From the human T2T-CHM13v2.0 reference genome, Homo sapiens: 64,000 nucleotides of DNA. The stretch covers positions 11,872,001-11,936,000 of the forward strand of contig CP086569.2 in NCBI GenBank assembly GCA_009914755.4, given 5' to 3'. Under the pieces are notes generated by a model. The model worked only from the letters and a program-made list of their open reading frames with translations, made no database searches and had not been told where the DNA came from. The position numbers and the translations under genes are program-made. Positions 1 through 12,426 of this stretch are shown here, piece after piece. Position 1 is the first letter of the stretch. Each line of letters begins with the position of its first letter.

Positions 1-480
1 AGAATTGAATGGACTCGAAAGGAACATAATGGAATGGAATGGACTCGAATGGAATGTACTAGAGTTGAATGGAATCGAATGGAATGGAAAACAATGGAAA
101 GGAAAGGAAGGGAATTGAAAGGAAAGGAATAGAATGGAATGGAATCGGACGGAACGGAATTGAATGGAATGGAAACTAAAGGAATAGAATAGAAAGGAAT
201 CGCATTGAATGAAATGGAATGGAATGGAATCAGATGGAACAGAAAGGAATGGAATAGAATCGAATGGAATGGCATCGAATGGATGGAATGGAATGGAATG
301 GAATGGAATAGAAAGGAATGGAATGGACTCGAATGGAATGTACTCAAATGGAATAGAATAGAATGGAATGGAAGTAAATATAATGGACTCGAATGGAATG
401 CATTGGAATAAATTGGAATTGAGTGTATTGGATTCGAATGGAAAGGAATGGAATGGAATGGAATGGAATGGAATGGAATG

Positions 481-1134
481 GATTCGAATGGAATGGAATC
501 GAATGGAATGGAACGAATTGGAATGTAATTGAATGGAGTCAAAAACAGTAGAAAGAAATAAAGATTCATCGAATGATATCGAACGGAATTGAATGGAATG
601 TACGCGAATGGAATGGACTGGAATGGAATGGAGTGACATGTAACGGAATCGAAAGGAATGGAATCCAATGAAATGGAATTGAATGGAATAGAAATGAATA
701 GAATGGAATGGAGATTAATGGAAAGATATTAAAATAATGGAATGGAATTGAGTGGACACGAATGGAATGGACTGGAATGGAAAGGACTCGAATGAAATGG
801 AGCGCATTAGAATGGACTCGAATGGAATGGATTGGAGTGGAATGGTCTCGAATGGATTGGAAAGGAATGGAATGGAAAGGAATAGAATGGAATGTAATCA
901 AAAGGAACGAAATGGAATGGAATGGATTCGACTGGAGCAGAATTGAATGGAGTGGAATTGAATGGAATGGAATGCAATCGAATGCAATGGACACGAATCA
1001 AATAGAATGAAATGAAATGGCATAGAATGGAATGGAATGGAATGGAACGGAACGGAATGGAATGGCATGGAATGGAATGGCATGGCATGGAATGGAATGG
1101 AATGGAATGGAATGGAATGGAATGGAATGGAATG
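481..1134 (+). repeat. 654-bp intra-unit tandem duplication, copy 1 (unit 1).
   Basis: 'gattcgaatggaatggaatcgaatggaatggaacgaattggaatgtaattgaatggagtc(a/t)aaaacagtagaaagaaataaag...' recurs at 481 and 1135. The track ORFs at 752 and 1406 (MDTNGMDWNGKDSNEMERIRMDSNG...) are 654 bp apart. Both junctions lie in plain (GGAAT)n/(GGCAT)n tracts. Confidence 0.85.
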
Positions 1135-1788
1135 GATTCGAATGGAATGGAATCGAATGGAATGGAACGAATTGGAATGTAATTGAATGGAGTCTAAAAC
1201 AGTAGAAAGAAATAAAGTTTCATCGAATGATATCGAATGGAATTGAATGGAATGTACGTGAATGGAATGGACTGGAATGGAATGGAGTGACATGTAACGG
1301 AATCGAAAGGAATGGAATCCAATGAAATGGAATTGAATGGAATAGAAATGAATAGAATGGAACGGAGATTAATGAAAAGATATTAAAATAATGGAATGGA
1401 ATTGAGTGGACACGAATGGAATGGACTGGAATGGAAAGGACTCGAATGAAATGGAGCGCATCAGAATGGACTCGAATGGAATGGATTGGAGTGGAATGGT
1501 CTCGAATGGATTGGAAAGGAATGGAATGGAAAGGAATAGAATGGAATGTAATCACATGGAACGAAATGGAATGGAATGGATTCGACTGGAGCAGAATTGA
1601 ATGGAGTGGAATTGAATGGAATGGAATGCCATCGAATGGAATGGACACGAATCGAATAGTATGAACTGAAATGGCATAGAATGGAATGGAATGGAATGGA
1701 ATGGAATGGAATGGAATGGAATGGAATGGAACGGAATGGAATGGCATGGAATGGAATGGCATGGCATGGCATGGCATGGAATGGAATG
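1135..1788 (+). repeat. 654-bp intra-unit tandem duplication, copy 2 (unit 1).
   Basis: Same as above. The copy ends in the ggcatggcatggcatggcatgg(aatgg)n tract before 'atgaagtggattggaatgggatggacccaaaag'. Confidence 0.85.
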
Positions 1789-1795
1789 GAATGAA
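1676..1795 (+). repeat. Near-perfect (GGAAT)n tract with an embedded (GGCAT)n micro-variant run; it recurs once per HOR unit and hosts the duplication junctions.
   Basis: 'atggaatggaatgg...ggcatggaatggaatggcatggcatggcatggcatggaatgg'. Equivalent tracts lie at ~1021–1135, 7231–7352, 7886–8000, 13441–13555 and 24536–24650. The tract is shortened in B-type units (~19049–19085, 30139–30180). Confidence 0.8.
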
Positions 1796-4700
1796 GTGGA
1801 TTGGAATGGGATGGACCCAAAAGTAATAGACTCAAATAAAAGGGACTCAAGTAGAACGAACTGGAAAGAAACGGTCTCGAATGTAATTTATTCGAATAGA
1901 ATGATATTGAATGGAATGCAACAGTATGGAATGGTATCGAATAGAATGGAATAGAATGGAATGGAATGGAACGGAATGGAGTGCAATTGAACGGACTCAA
2001 ATGCAATAAATTACAATATAATTGATTCAAATGGAATGGAATCGAATAGAATGTAAACAAATGGAATGGAAGGCAATGTAATGGAAAGGAATCGAATGAA
2101 ATGGAATAAACGGAATGGAATGGAATGGAAAGGACGCGAATATATTGGACTGTTAAGGAAAGGTGTCAAATCGAATTTATTCCAATAGTATGGAATCGAA
2201 TGAAATGCAATACTATTGAATCGAATCGAATGGAATGGAATTGAATGGAATGGACAGGAATGGAATGAACTGGAAGTGAATGGACAGGAACGTAATATAT
2301 TGCAATGTAATTTATTGAAATGGAATGGAATGCAATCGAATGGAATGGACTCGATTGGAATGGACTGGAGTGGAATGGACTCAATTGGAATGGCAAGGAA
2401 TGTAATGGAATGGAATGCAAAGCAAAGGAATCTACTGGAATAGAATCGAACGGAACAGAAAGGAATGGAATAGAATGGAGTAGAATGGACTCGAATGGAA
2501 TGTATTCGAATGTAATGGACCTAAAAAGGAATGGAATCCAATGGAATGGAATTGAATGGAATCAAGAGGAATAGAGTGTAATTGAATATCGAAAGGAAGG
2601 GAATGGAATGAACTCGAATGGAATGCACTGGAATGGAATGGACTCGATCAGAACGGACTGGAGAGGAATGTACACAAATGGAATGGAATGAAATGGAATG
2701 GAATGAAATGGAATTGAAAGGAACGGAATCAAATGGATTGGAATGGAAGGGAATGGATTGGAATAGAATGGATTCAAATAAAATAGAATCGATGGGAATG
2801 GTACTGAATGAAAGGGACTTGAATGGAATGGAAAGCAATGGAAGATATTGGAATCGAATGGCATCGCATGAAATGGAATGGAACGGAATGGAATGGAACC
2901 GAATGGAATGGAATGGACTCAAATTTAATGGACACCAATGGAATCGACTGAAATATAATATTGTCGAAAGGAATGGCCTTGAGCGGAATATATTTGAATA
3001 GAATGGAATCAAATGGAATACAATATTATTGAATGGAATCGAATGGAATGGAATCGAATGGAATGTAATCAAATGGAATGGAACGGAATTCAATATAATG
3101 GAGTAGAATGGAATGCATTGGAAAGGAGCAGAGTGAAATCAAGTGGAATGGAATCGAGTGGAATGGAATCAATGGGAACAAAATCGAATTGAATGGACTT
3201 GAATGGAATTGACTCAAAAGGAATGGACTGGAACAAAAAGGAATCAAATGGACAGGAATGGGATGGAATGGACACGAATGGAATGGAGTCAAATTCAAAC
3301 GCATCGAATGGAATGGATTGAAATGGAATGCATTGGAATGGAACAGAAAGGAAGAGAATGGAATTGAGAGTAATGGAAAGATATCGATTGGAATGAAATG
3401 GAATGGAAAGGAATTGAATGGAAAGGAATGGAGTGGAAAGAAATGGATTGGAATGGAATGGTCTCCAATGGAATGGACTGGAGTGGAATGGAATCGAATG
3501 GAATGAAAAGAATGGAACGGAATGGAACGGAAAGGAATAGAATGTTATGGAATCCGATTGGACAGAATGGAATTGAATGCAGTTTCATGAAATGGAGTCG
3601 AATAGAGTGGCATCAAAAGGAATGGAATGGAATGGAGTGGACTCAAAAGGAATGGACTCGAAAGGAATGGAGTCGAACCAAACTGATTCAAATGGATTGA
3701 AGTCGAACAGAATGGAATGGAATGGAATGAACTCGACTGGAGTAGAGAGGAATGTAAAGGAATAGAATGGAATGTAATCAAATGGATTGCAAGTGAATGG
3801 AATCAAAAATAATAGAAAGGAATGGAGTGTAAAGGGATGATATTGAATATAATGGAATGGAATGGAATTTAATGGAATGGAGATGAAGGAATGGACAGGA
3901 ATGTAATGGACTCCAATGGAATGGAATGGATCAAAATGGATTTGAACAGATTGGAATCGAACGGAATGGAATGCAATGGAATGGAATGGACTCGAATGGA
4001 GAAGAGACAAATGGAATGGAAACGAATTCAATGGAATTGAAAAGAATAGGATGGAATGGCGTGTAATGGTAAGATACTAAGTGGAATGGAATTGAATGGA
4101 ATGTAATGGACCCAAATGTAATGCACTCGAAAGGAATATACTCAAATAGAATGGAATCGAAAGGAAAGGTCTCAAATGGAATTTATTCAATACAATGGAA
4201 TCGAATGGAATGCAATAGAATGGAATGGAATCGAATGTAATGGAATCAAATAGAATGGACCAGAATGGAATGGACTGCCATAGAACGGACTGCAGTGTAA
4301 TGGATTGAATTCTAATTCATTCAAATGGAATGGAATTGAATGGAATGGAATCCAATGGAATGGATAGGATTGTACTGGAATGGAATAGCATGGAATGCAA
4401 CGGAGTGGAATGGAGTTGAATGAAGTGGAATGGAATCGATTGGAATGGAATCAAATGGAATGGACGGGAATGGAATGGACTGGAAGAGAACAGACTGGAA
4501 TTTAATGGATTGCACTGTAATTGATTCAAATGGAATGGAATCGAATGGAATGTAATAAAATTGAAGGGATTTGAGTTCAATGCAATGGAATAGAATGGAA
4601 TGCAAAGGAAAGGAAAGGTACGGAGTGAAATCGAGTGTAATGGAATCGAATGGAATGAAATGGAATGGAATGGACTCAAAAGAAATGGACGAGGGACAAA

Positions 4701-6698
4701 ACGGAATCGAACTGATTGGAATCGAACGGAACGGAATGGAATGGAATGGTCTCCATTGGATCGGAGTAGAACGGACTGGAATGGAATGGAATGAAATGGA
4801 ATGGAAAGGAATAGAATGGAATGGAATGGAATGGAATGGAATGGAAGGTAATGGAAAGATATCGAACGGATTGGAAAGGAATGGAATGGACCCTAATGGA
4901 ATGGAATGGAATTCAACAGAAACGAATGGAATGGACTGGAGTGAAATGGAGTCGAATGTATTTGACTGGAGTGGAATGGACTCGAAAGGAATGGACTCGA
5001 ATAGAATGGACTGGAATGGATTGTACTCGAATGGAGTGGAAAGGAATACAATGGATTCCACCAGATTGGAATGGAACAGAATGTAATGGAATGGAATGGA
5101 ATGCAATGGAATAGCTCCAATGGAATGGAGTCGAATGCAATGGAACAGAAAGGAAAGGAATTGAATGGAATTGAAAGGAATAGAACAAAATGGAGTGCAA
5201 AGGAAAGATATCGAATGGAATGGATTGAAAAGAAATCGAATGGAATGGACAGGAATGGAATGGAATAGAATGGAATAGACTGGCGTGCAATGAAAACGAA
5301 TGGAATGGAAACGAATGGAATGCAATGGAAAGGAATGGAGTAGAATAAATACTATGGAATGGAATGGAGGCGAAAGGAAAAGAATGGATTGGAATGTCAC
5401 CGAATGGAAAGATATGGAATGGAAAGGAATGGATACGAATGGAATGGAATAGAAAGGAACGGAAAGGTAAAGAATGGAATGGAATCGGATAGAATGGAAT
5501 GCAATGTAATGGAGTCGAATGGAAAATAATCGTGTAGAATGATATCGAATGGAATGGAATTGAATGGAATGGAATGGAATGGACTCGAATGGAATGTACT
5601 CAAATGGATTAGAATAGAATGGAATGGAACTAAACGTAATGAACTCGAATGGAATGGACACAAATAGAATGGAAGAGAAAGGAATGGTATTGAATGGAAA
5701 TTATTCGAATAGAGAGGAATTCAATGGAATGCAACAGTGTGGCATGGAATCAAATGGAATGGAATCGAATGGAATGGACCCGAGTGGAATGGACTCACAT
5801 AGAACAGCCTCGAATGTAATGGATGACAATGTATTAGATTCGAAAGGACTGAAATCGAATGGAATGTAATCAAGTAGAACGGAATTGAATGCATGGAATG
5901 GCATAGAAAGTAACGCAATGGAATGGAATAGACTGGAATGGAATGGAATCGGATGGAATGTAATGAAATGTAATGGAAGGAATGCCATGGAATGGAATGG
6001 AATGGAATGCAATGGGACGGTGTATAATGGAGTGCAATGGATTTCAGTGGAATGTAGTCAAAAGAAAAGAAATAGAATGGAATTCAATAAAATGGAATGG
6101 CATCCAATGGCAAGGAATGGAGCGGACTCCAATGGAAACGACATGAAAGGAATATAATATAATGGAATGGCATTGAACGAAATGGAACGGAATGGAGTTA
6201 AAAGGTAAAATATCGAATGGAAAAGAATTGAATGGACTCGAAAGGAATATAATGGAATGGAATGGACTCGAATGGAATGTACTAGAGTTGAATGGAATCG
6301 AATGGAATGGAAAACAATGGAAAGGAAAGGAAGGGAATTGAAAGGAAAGGAATAGAATGGAATGGAATCGGACGGAACGGAATTGAATGGAATGGAAACT
6401 AAAGGAATAGAATAGAATGGAATCGCATTGAATGAAATGGAATGGAATGGAGTCAGATGGAACAGAAAGGAATGGAATAGAATCGAATGGAATGGCATCG
6501 AATGGATGGAATGGAATGGAATGGAATGGAATAGAAAGGAATGGAATGGACTCGAATGGAATGTACTCAAATGGAATAGAATAGAATGGAATGGAAGTAA
6601 ATATAATGGACTCGAATGGAATGCATTGGAATAAATTGGAATTGAGTGTATTGGATTCGAATGGAAAGGAATGGAATGGAATGGAATGGAATGGAATG

Positions 6699-7352
6699 GA
6701 TTCGAATGGAATGGAATCGAATGGAATGGAACGAATTGGAATGTAATTGAATGGAGTCAAAAACAGTAGAAAGAAATAAAGATTCATCGAATGATATCGA
6801 ACGGAATTGAATGGAATGTACGCGAATGGAATGGACTGGAATGGAATGGAGTGACATGTAACGGAATAGAAAGGAATGGAATCCAATGAAATGGAATTGA
6901 ATGGAATAGAAATGAATAGAATGGAATGGAGATTAATGGAAAGATATTAAAATAATGGAATGGAATTGAGTGGACACGAATGGAATGGACTGGAATGGAA
7001 AGGACTCGAATGAAATGGAGCGCATTAGAATGGACTCGAATGGAATGGATTGGAGTGGAATGGTCTCGAATGGGTTGGAAAGGAATGGAATGGAAAGGAA
7101 TGGAATGGAATGTAATCAAAAGGAACGAAATGGAATGGAATGGATTCGACTGGAGCAGAATTGAATGGAGTGGAATTGAATGGAATGGAATGCAATCGAA
7201 TGGAATGGACACGAATCAAATAGAATGAAATGAAATGGCATAGAATGGAATGGAATGGAATGGAATGGAATGGAATGGAATGGAACGGAATGGAATGGCA
7301 TGGAATGGAATGGCATGGCATGGAATGGAATGGAATGGAATGGAATGGAATG
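6699..7352 (+). repeat. 654-bp intra-unit tandem duplication, copy 1 (unit 2).
   Basis: 'gattcgaatggaatggaatcg' is at 6699 and 7353. The ORFs at 6970 and 7624 are 654 bp apart. Confidence 0.85.
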
Positions 7353-8006
7353 GATTCGAATGGAATGGAATCGAATGGAATGGAACGAATTGGAATGTAA
7401 TTGAATGGAGTCAAAAACAGTAGAAAGAAATAAAGTTTCATCGAATGATATCGAATGGAATTGAATGGAATGTACGTGAATGGAATGGACTGGAATGGAA
7501 TGGAGTGACATGTAACGGAATCGAAAGGAATGGAATCCAATGAAATGGAATTGAATGGAATAGAAATGAATAGAATGGAACGGAGATTAATGAAAAGATA
7601 TTAAAATAATGGAATGGAATTGAGTGGACACGAATGGAATGGACTGGAATGGAAAGGACTCGAATGAAATGGAGCGCATTAGAATGGACTCGAATGGAAT
7701 GGATTGGAGTGGAATGGTCTCGAATGGATTGGAAAGGAATGGAATGGAAAGGAATAGAATGGAATGTAATCAAATGGAACGAAATGGAATGGAATGGATT
7801 CGACTGGAGCAGAATTGAATGGAGTGGAATTGAATGGAATGGAATGCAATCGAATGGAATGGACACGAATCGAATAGTATGAACTGAAATGGCATAGAAT
7901 GGAATGGAATGGAATGGAATGGAATGGAACGGAATGGAATGGCATGGAATGGAATGGCATGGCATGGCATGGCATGGAATGGAATGGAATGAAATGGATT
8001 GGAATG
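7353..8006 (+). repeat. 654-bp intra-unit tandem duplication, copy 2 (unit 2).
   Basis: Same as above. Confidence 0.85.
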
Positions 8007-11000
8007 GGATGGACCCAAAAGTAATAGACTCAAATAAAAGGGACTCAAGTAGAACGAACTGGAAAGAAACGGTCTCGAATGTAATTTATTCGAATAGAAT
8101 GATATTGAATGGAATGCAACAGTATGGAATGGTATCGAATAGAATGGAATAGAATGGAATGGAATGGAGCGGAATGGAGTGCAATTGAACGGAATCAAAT
8201 GCAATAAATTACAATATAATTGATTCAAATGGAATGCAATCGAATAGAATGTAAACAAATGGAATGGAAGGCAATGTAATGGAAAGGAATCGAATGAAAT
8301 GGAATAAACGGAATGGAATGGAATGGAAAGGAAGCGAATATATTGGACTGTTAAGGAAAGGTGTCAAATCGAATTTATTCCAATAGTATGGAATCGAATG
8401 AAATGCAATACTATTGAATCGAATCGAATGGAATGGAATTGAATGGAATGGACAGGAATGGAATGAACTGGAAGTGAATGGACAGGAACGTAATATATTG
8501 CAATGTAATTTATTCAAATGGAATGGAATGCAATCGAATGGAATGGACTCGATTGGAATGGACTGGAGTGGAATGGACTCAAATGGAATGGCAAGGAATG
8601 TAATGGAATGGAATGCAAAGCAAAGGAATCTACTGGAATAGAATCGAACGGAACAGAAAGGAATGGAATGGAATGGAGTGGAATGGACTCGAATGGAATG
8701 TATTCGAATGTAATGGACCTAAAAAGGAATGGAATCCAATGGAATGGAATTGAATGGAATCAAGAGGAATAGAGTGTAATTGAATATCGAAAGGAAGGGA
8801 ATGGAATGAACTCGAATGGAATGCACTGGAATGGAATGGACTCGATCAGAACGGACTGGAGAGGAATGTACACAAATGGAATGGAATGAAATGGAATGGA
8901 ATGAAATGGAATTGAAAGGAACGGAATCAAATGGATTGGAATGGAATGGAATGGATTGGAATAGAATGGATTCAAATAAAATAGAATCGATGGGAATGGT
9001 ATTGAATGAAAGGGACTTGAATGGAATGGAAAGCAATGGAAGATATTGGAATCGAATGGCATCGCATGAAATGGAATGGAACGGAATGGAATGGAACCGA
9101 ATGGAATGGAATGGACTCAAAAGTAATGGACACCAATGGAATCGACTAAAATATAATAGTGTCGAAAGGAATGGCCTTGAGCGGAATTTATTTGAATAGA
9201 ATGGAATCAAATGGAATACAATACTATTGAATGGAATCGAATGGAATGGAATCGAATGGAATGTAATCAAATGGAATGGAACGGAATTCAATATAATGGA
9301 GTAGAATGGAATGCATTGGAAAGGAGCAGAGTGAAATCAAGTGGAATGGAATCGAGTGGAATGGAATCAATGGGAACAAAATCGAATTGAATGGACTTGA
9401 ATGGAATTGACTCGAAAGGAATGGACTGGAACAAAAAGGAATCAAATGGACAGGAATGGGATGGAATGGACACGAATGGAATGGAGTCAAATTCAAACGC
9501 ATCGAATGGAATGGATTGAAATGGAATGCAATGGAATGGAACAGAAAGGAAGAGAATGGAATTGAGAGTAATGGAAAGATATCGATTGGAATGAAATGGA
9601 ATGGAAAGGAATTGAATGGAAAGGAATGGAGTGGAAAGAAATGGATTGGAATGGAATGGTCTCCAATGGAATGGACTGGAGTGGAATGGAATCGAATGGA
9701 ATGAAAAGAATGGAACGGAATGGAACGGAAAGGAATAGAATGTTATGGAATCCGATTGGACAGAATGGAATGGAATGCAGTTTCATGAAATGGAGTCGAA
9801 TAGAGTGGCATCAAAAGGAATGGAATGGAATGGAGTGGACTCAAAAGGAATGGACTCGAAAGGAATGGAGTCCAACCAAATTGAATGAAATGGATTGGAG
9901 TCGAACAGAATGGAATGGAATGGAATGAACTCGACTGGAGTAGAGAGGAATGTAAAGGAATAGAATGGAATGTAATCAAATGGATTGCAAGTGAATGGAA
10001 TCAAAAATAATAGAAAGGAATGGAGTGTAAAGGGATGATATTGAATATAATGGAATGGAATGGAATTTAATGGAATGGAGTCGAAGGAATGGACAGGAAT
10101 GTAATGGACTCCAATGGAATGGTATGGATGAAAATGGATTTGAACAGATTGGAATCGAACGGAATGGAATGCAATGGAATGGAATGGACTCGAATGGAGA
10201 AGAGACAAATGGAATGGAAACGAATTCAATGGAATTGAAAAGAATAGGATGGAATGGCGTGTAATGGTAAGATACTAAATGGAATGGAATTGAATGGAAT
10301 GGAATGGACCCAAATGTAATGCACTCGAAAGGAATATACTCAAATAGAATGGAATCGAAAGGAAAGGTCTCAAATGGAATTTATTCAATACAATGGAATC
10401 GAATGGAATGCAATAGAATGGAATGGAATCGAATGTAATGGAATCAAATAGAATGGACCAGAATGGAATGGACTGCCATAGAACGGACTGCAGTGTAATG
10501 GATTGAATTCTAATTCATTCAAATGGAATGGAATTGAATGGAATGGAATCCAATGGAATGGATAGGATTGTACTGGAATGGAATAGCATGGAATGCAACG
10601 GAGTGGAATGGAGTTGAATGAAGTGGAATGGAATCGATTGGAATGGAATCAAATGGAATGGACGGGAATGGAATGGACTGGAAGAGAACAGACTCGAATT
10701 TAATGGATTGCAATGTAATTGATTCAAATGGAATGGAATCGAATGGAATGTAATAAAATTGAAGGGATTTGAGTTCAATGCAATGGAATAGAATGGAATG
10801 CAAAGGAAAGGAAAGGTACGGAGTGAAATCGAGTGTAATGGAATCGAATGGAATGAAATCGAATTGAATGGACTCAAAAGAAATGGACGAGGGACAAAAC
10901 GGAATCGAACTGATTGGAATCGAACGGAACGGAATGGAATGGAATGGTCTCCATTGGATCGGAGTAGAACGGACTGGAATGGAATGGAATGAAATGGAAT

Positions 11001-12426
11001 GGAAAGGAATAGAATGGAACGGAATGGAATGGAATGGAATGGAATGGAAGGTAATGGAAAGATATCGAACGGATTGGAAAGGAATGGAATGGACCCTAAT
11101 GGAATGGAATAGAATTCAACAGAAACGAATGGAATGGAATGGAGTGAAATGGAGTCGAATGTAATTGACTGGAGTGGAATGGACTCGAAAGGAATGGACT
11201 CGAATAGAATGGACTGGAATGGATTGTACTCGAATGGAGTGGAAAGGAATACAATGGATTCCACCAGATTGGAATGGAACAGAATGTGATGGAATGGAAT
11301 GGAATGCAATGGAATAGCTCCAATGGAATGGAGTCGAATGCAATGGAACAGAAAGGAAAGGAATTGAATGGAATTGAAAGGAATAGAACAAAATGGAGTG
11401 CAAAGGAAAGATATCGAATGGAATGGATCGAAAAGAAATCGAATGGAATGGACAGGAATGGAATGGAATAGAATGGAATAGACTGGCGTGCAATGAAAAC
11501 GAATCGAATGGAAACGAATGGAATGCAATGGAAAGGAATGGAGTAGAATAAATACTATGGAATGGAATGGAGGCGAAAGGAAAAGAATGGATTGGAATGT
11601 CACCGAATGGAAAGCTATGGAATGGAAAGGAATGGATACGAATGGAATGGAATAGAAAGGAACGGAAAGGTAAAGAATGGAATGGAATCGGATAGAATGG
11701 AATGCAATGTAATGGAGTCGAATGGAAAATAATCGTGTAGAATGATATCGAATGGAATGGAATTGAATGGAATGGAATGGAATGGACTCGAATGGAATGT
11801 ACTCAAATGGATTAGAATAGAATGGAATGGAACTAAACGTAATGAACTCGAATGGAATGGACACAAATAGAATGGAAGAGAAAGGAATGGTATTGAATGG
11901 AATTTATTCGAATAGAGTGGAATTGAATGGAATGCAACAGTGTGGCATGGAATCAAATGGAATGGAATCGAATGGAATGGACCCGAGTGGAATGGACTCA
12001 CATAGAACAGCCTCGAATGTAATGGATGACAATGTATTAGATTCGAAAGGACTGAAATCGAATGGAATGTAATCAAGTAGAACGGAATTGAATGCATGGA
12101 ATGGCATGGAAAGTAACGCAATGGAATGGAATAGACTGTAATGGAATGGAATCGGATGGAATGTAATGAAATGTAATGGAAGGAATGCCATGGAATGGAA
12201 TGGAATGGAATGCAATGGGACGGTGTATAATGGAGTGCAATGGATTTCAGTGGAATGTAGTCCAAAGGAAAGAAATAGAATGGAATTCAATAAAATAGAA
12301 TGGCATCCAATGGCAAGGAATGGAGCGGACTCCAATGGAAACGACATGAAAGGAATATAATATAATGAAATGGCATTGAACGAAATGGAATGCAATGGAG
12401 TTAAAAGGTAAAATATCGAATGGAAA

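Larger units (their letters stand above)
1..6223 (+). repeat. HOR unit 1: ~6.2 kb variant (5.57 kb core plus a 654-bp internal tandem duplication).
   Basis: The landmark 'agaattgaatggactcgaaaggaa(c/t)ataatggaatggaatggactcgaatggaatgtactagagttgaatgg' occurs at 1 and again at 6224. The ORF-track landmark MNEMEWNGIRWNRKEW... is at 205 and 6428 (period 6223). Confidence 0.85.
6224..12426 (+). repeat. HOR unit 2: ~6.2 kb variant (6203 bp), near-identical to unit 1, with the same 654-bp duplication.
   Basis: The unit-start landmark is at 6224 and 12427. The 142-aa reverse-frame ORFs at 566..994 and 6784..7212 differ at 1 residue. Confidence 0.85.

Noticed and set aside
1796-1920. A less GGAAT-like block ('gggatggacccaaaagtaatagactcaaataaaagggactcaagtagaacgaactggaaagaaacggtctcgaatgtaatttattcgaatagaatgatattg') that might be a foreign insertion or TE fragment.
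   Set aside because: It recurs once per HOR unit at the same offset (8005, 13565, 19085, 24660...), and it still parses into degenerate 5-mers (aacga/actgg/aaaga/aacgg/tctcg/aatgt...). It is an old diverged part of the satellite unit. It has no target-site duplications, poly-A tail or TE-like structure.
5770-5800. 'ggacccgagtgg' resembles the HSat3-associated 10-mer (CAACCCGAGT-like) and could be a diagnostic or protein-binding motif.
   Set aside because: It differs from my recollection of the consensus and sits on the GGAAT strand rather than the ATTCC strand. I cannot verify the motif or its orientation without a reference, so I left it uncalled.
10515-11864. A 449-aa ORF on the - strand, recurring at 16106, 21610 and 32700, plus many 60–300 aa ORFs on both strands.
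   Set aside because: They consist entirely of IPFHS or MEWNG pentapeptide-like low complexity produced by the stop-free (ATTCC)n/(GGAAT)n frames. They recur at the HOR period and so are not independent genes. There are no start-context or domain-like features.
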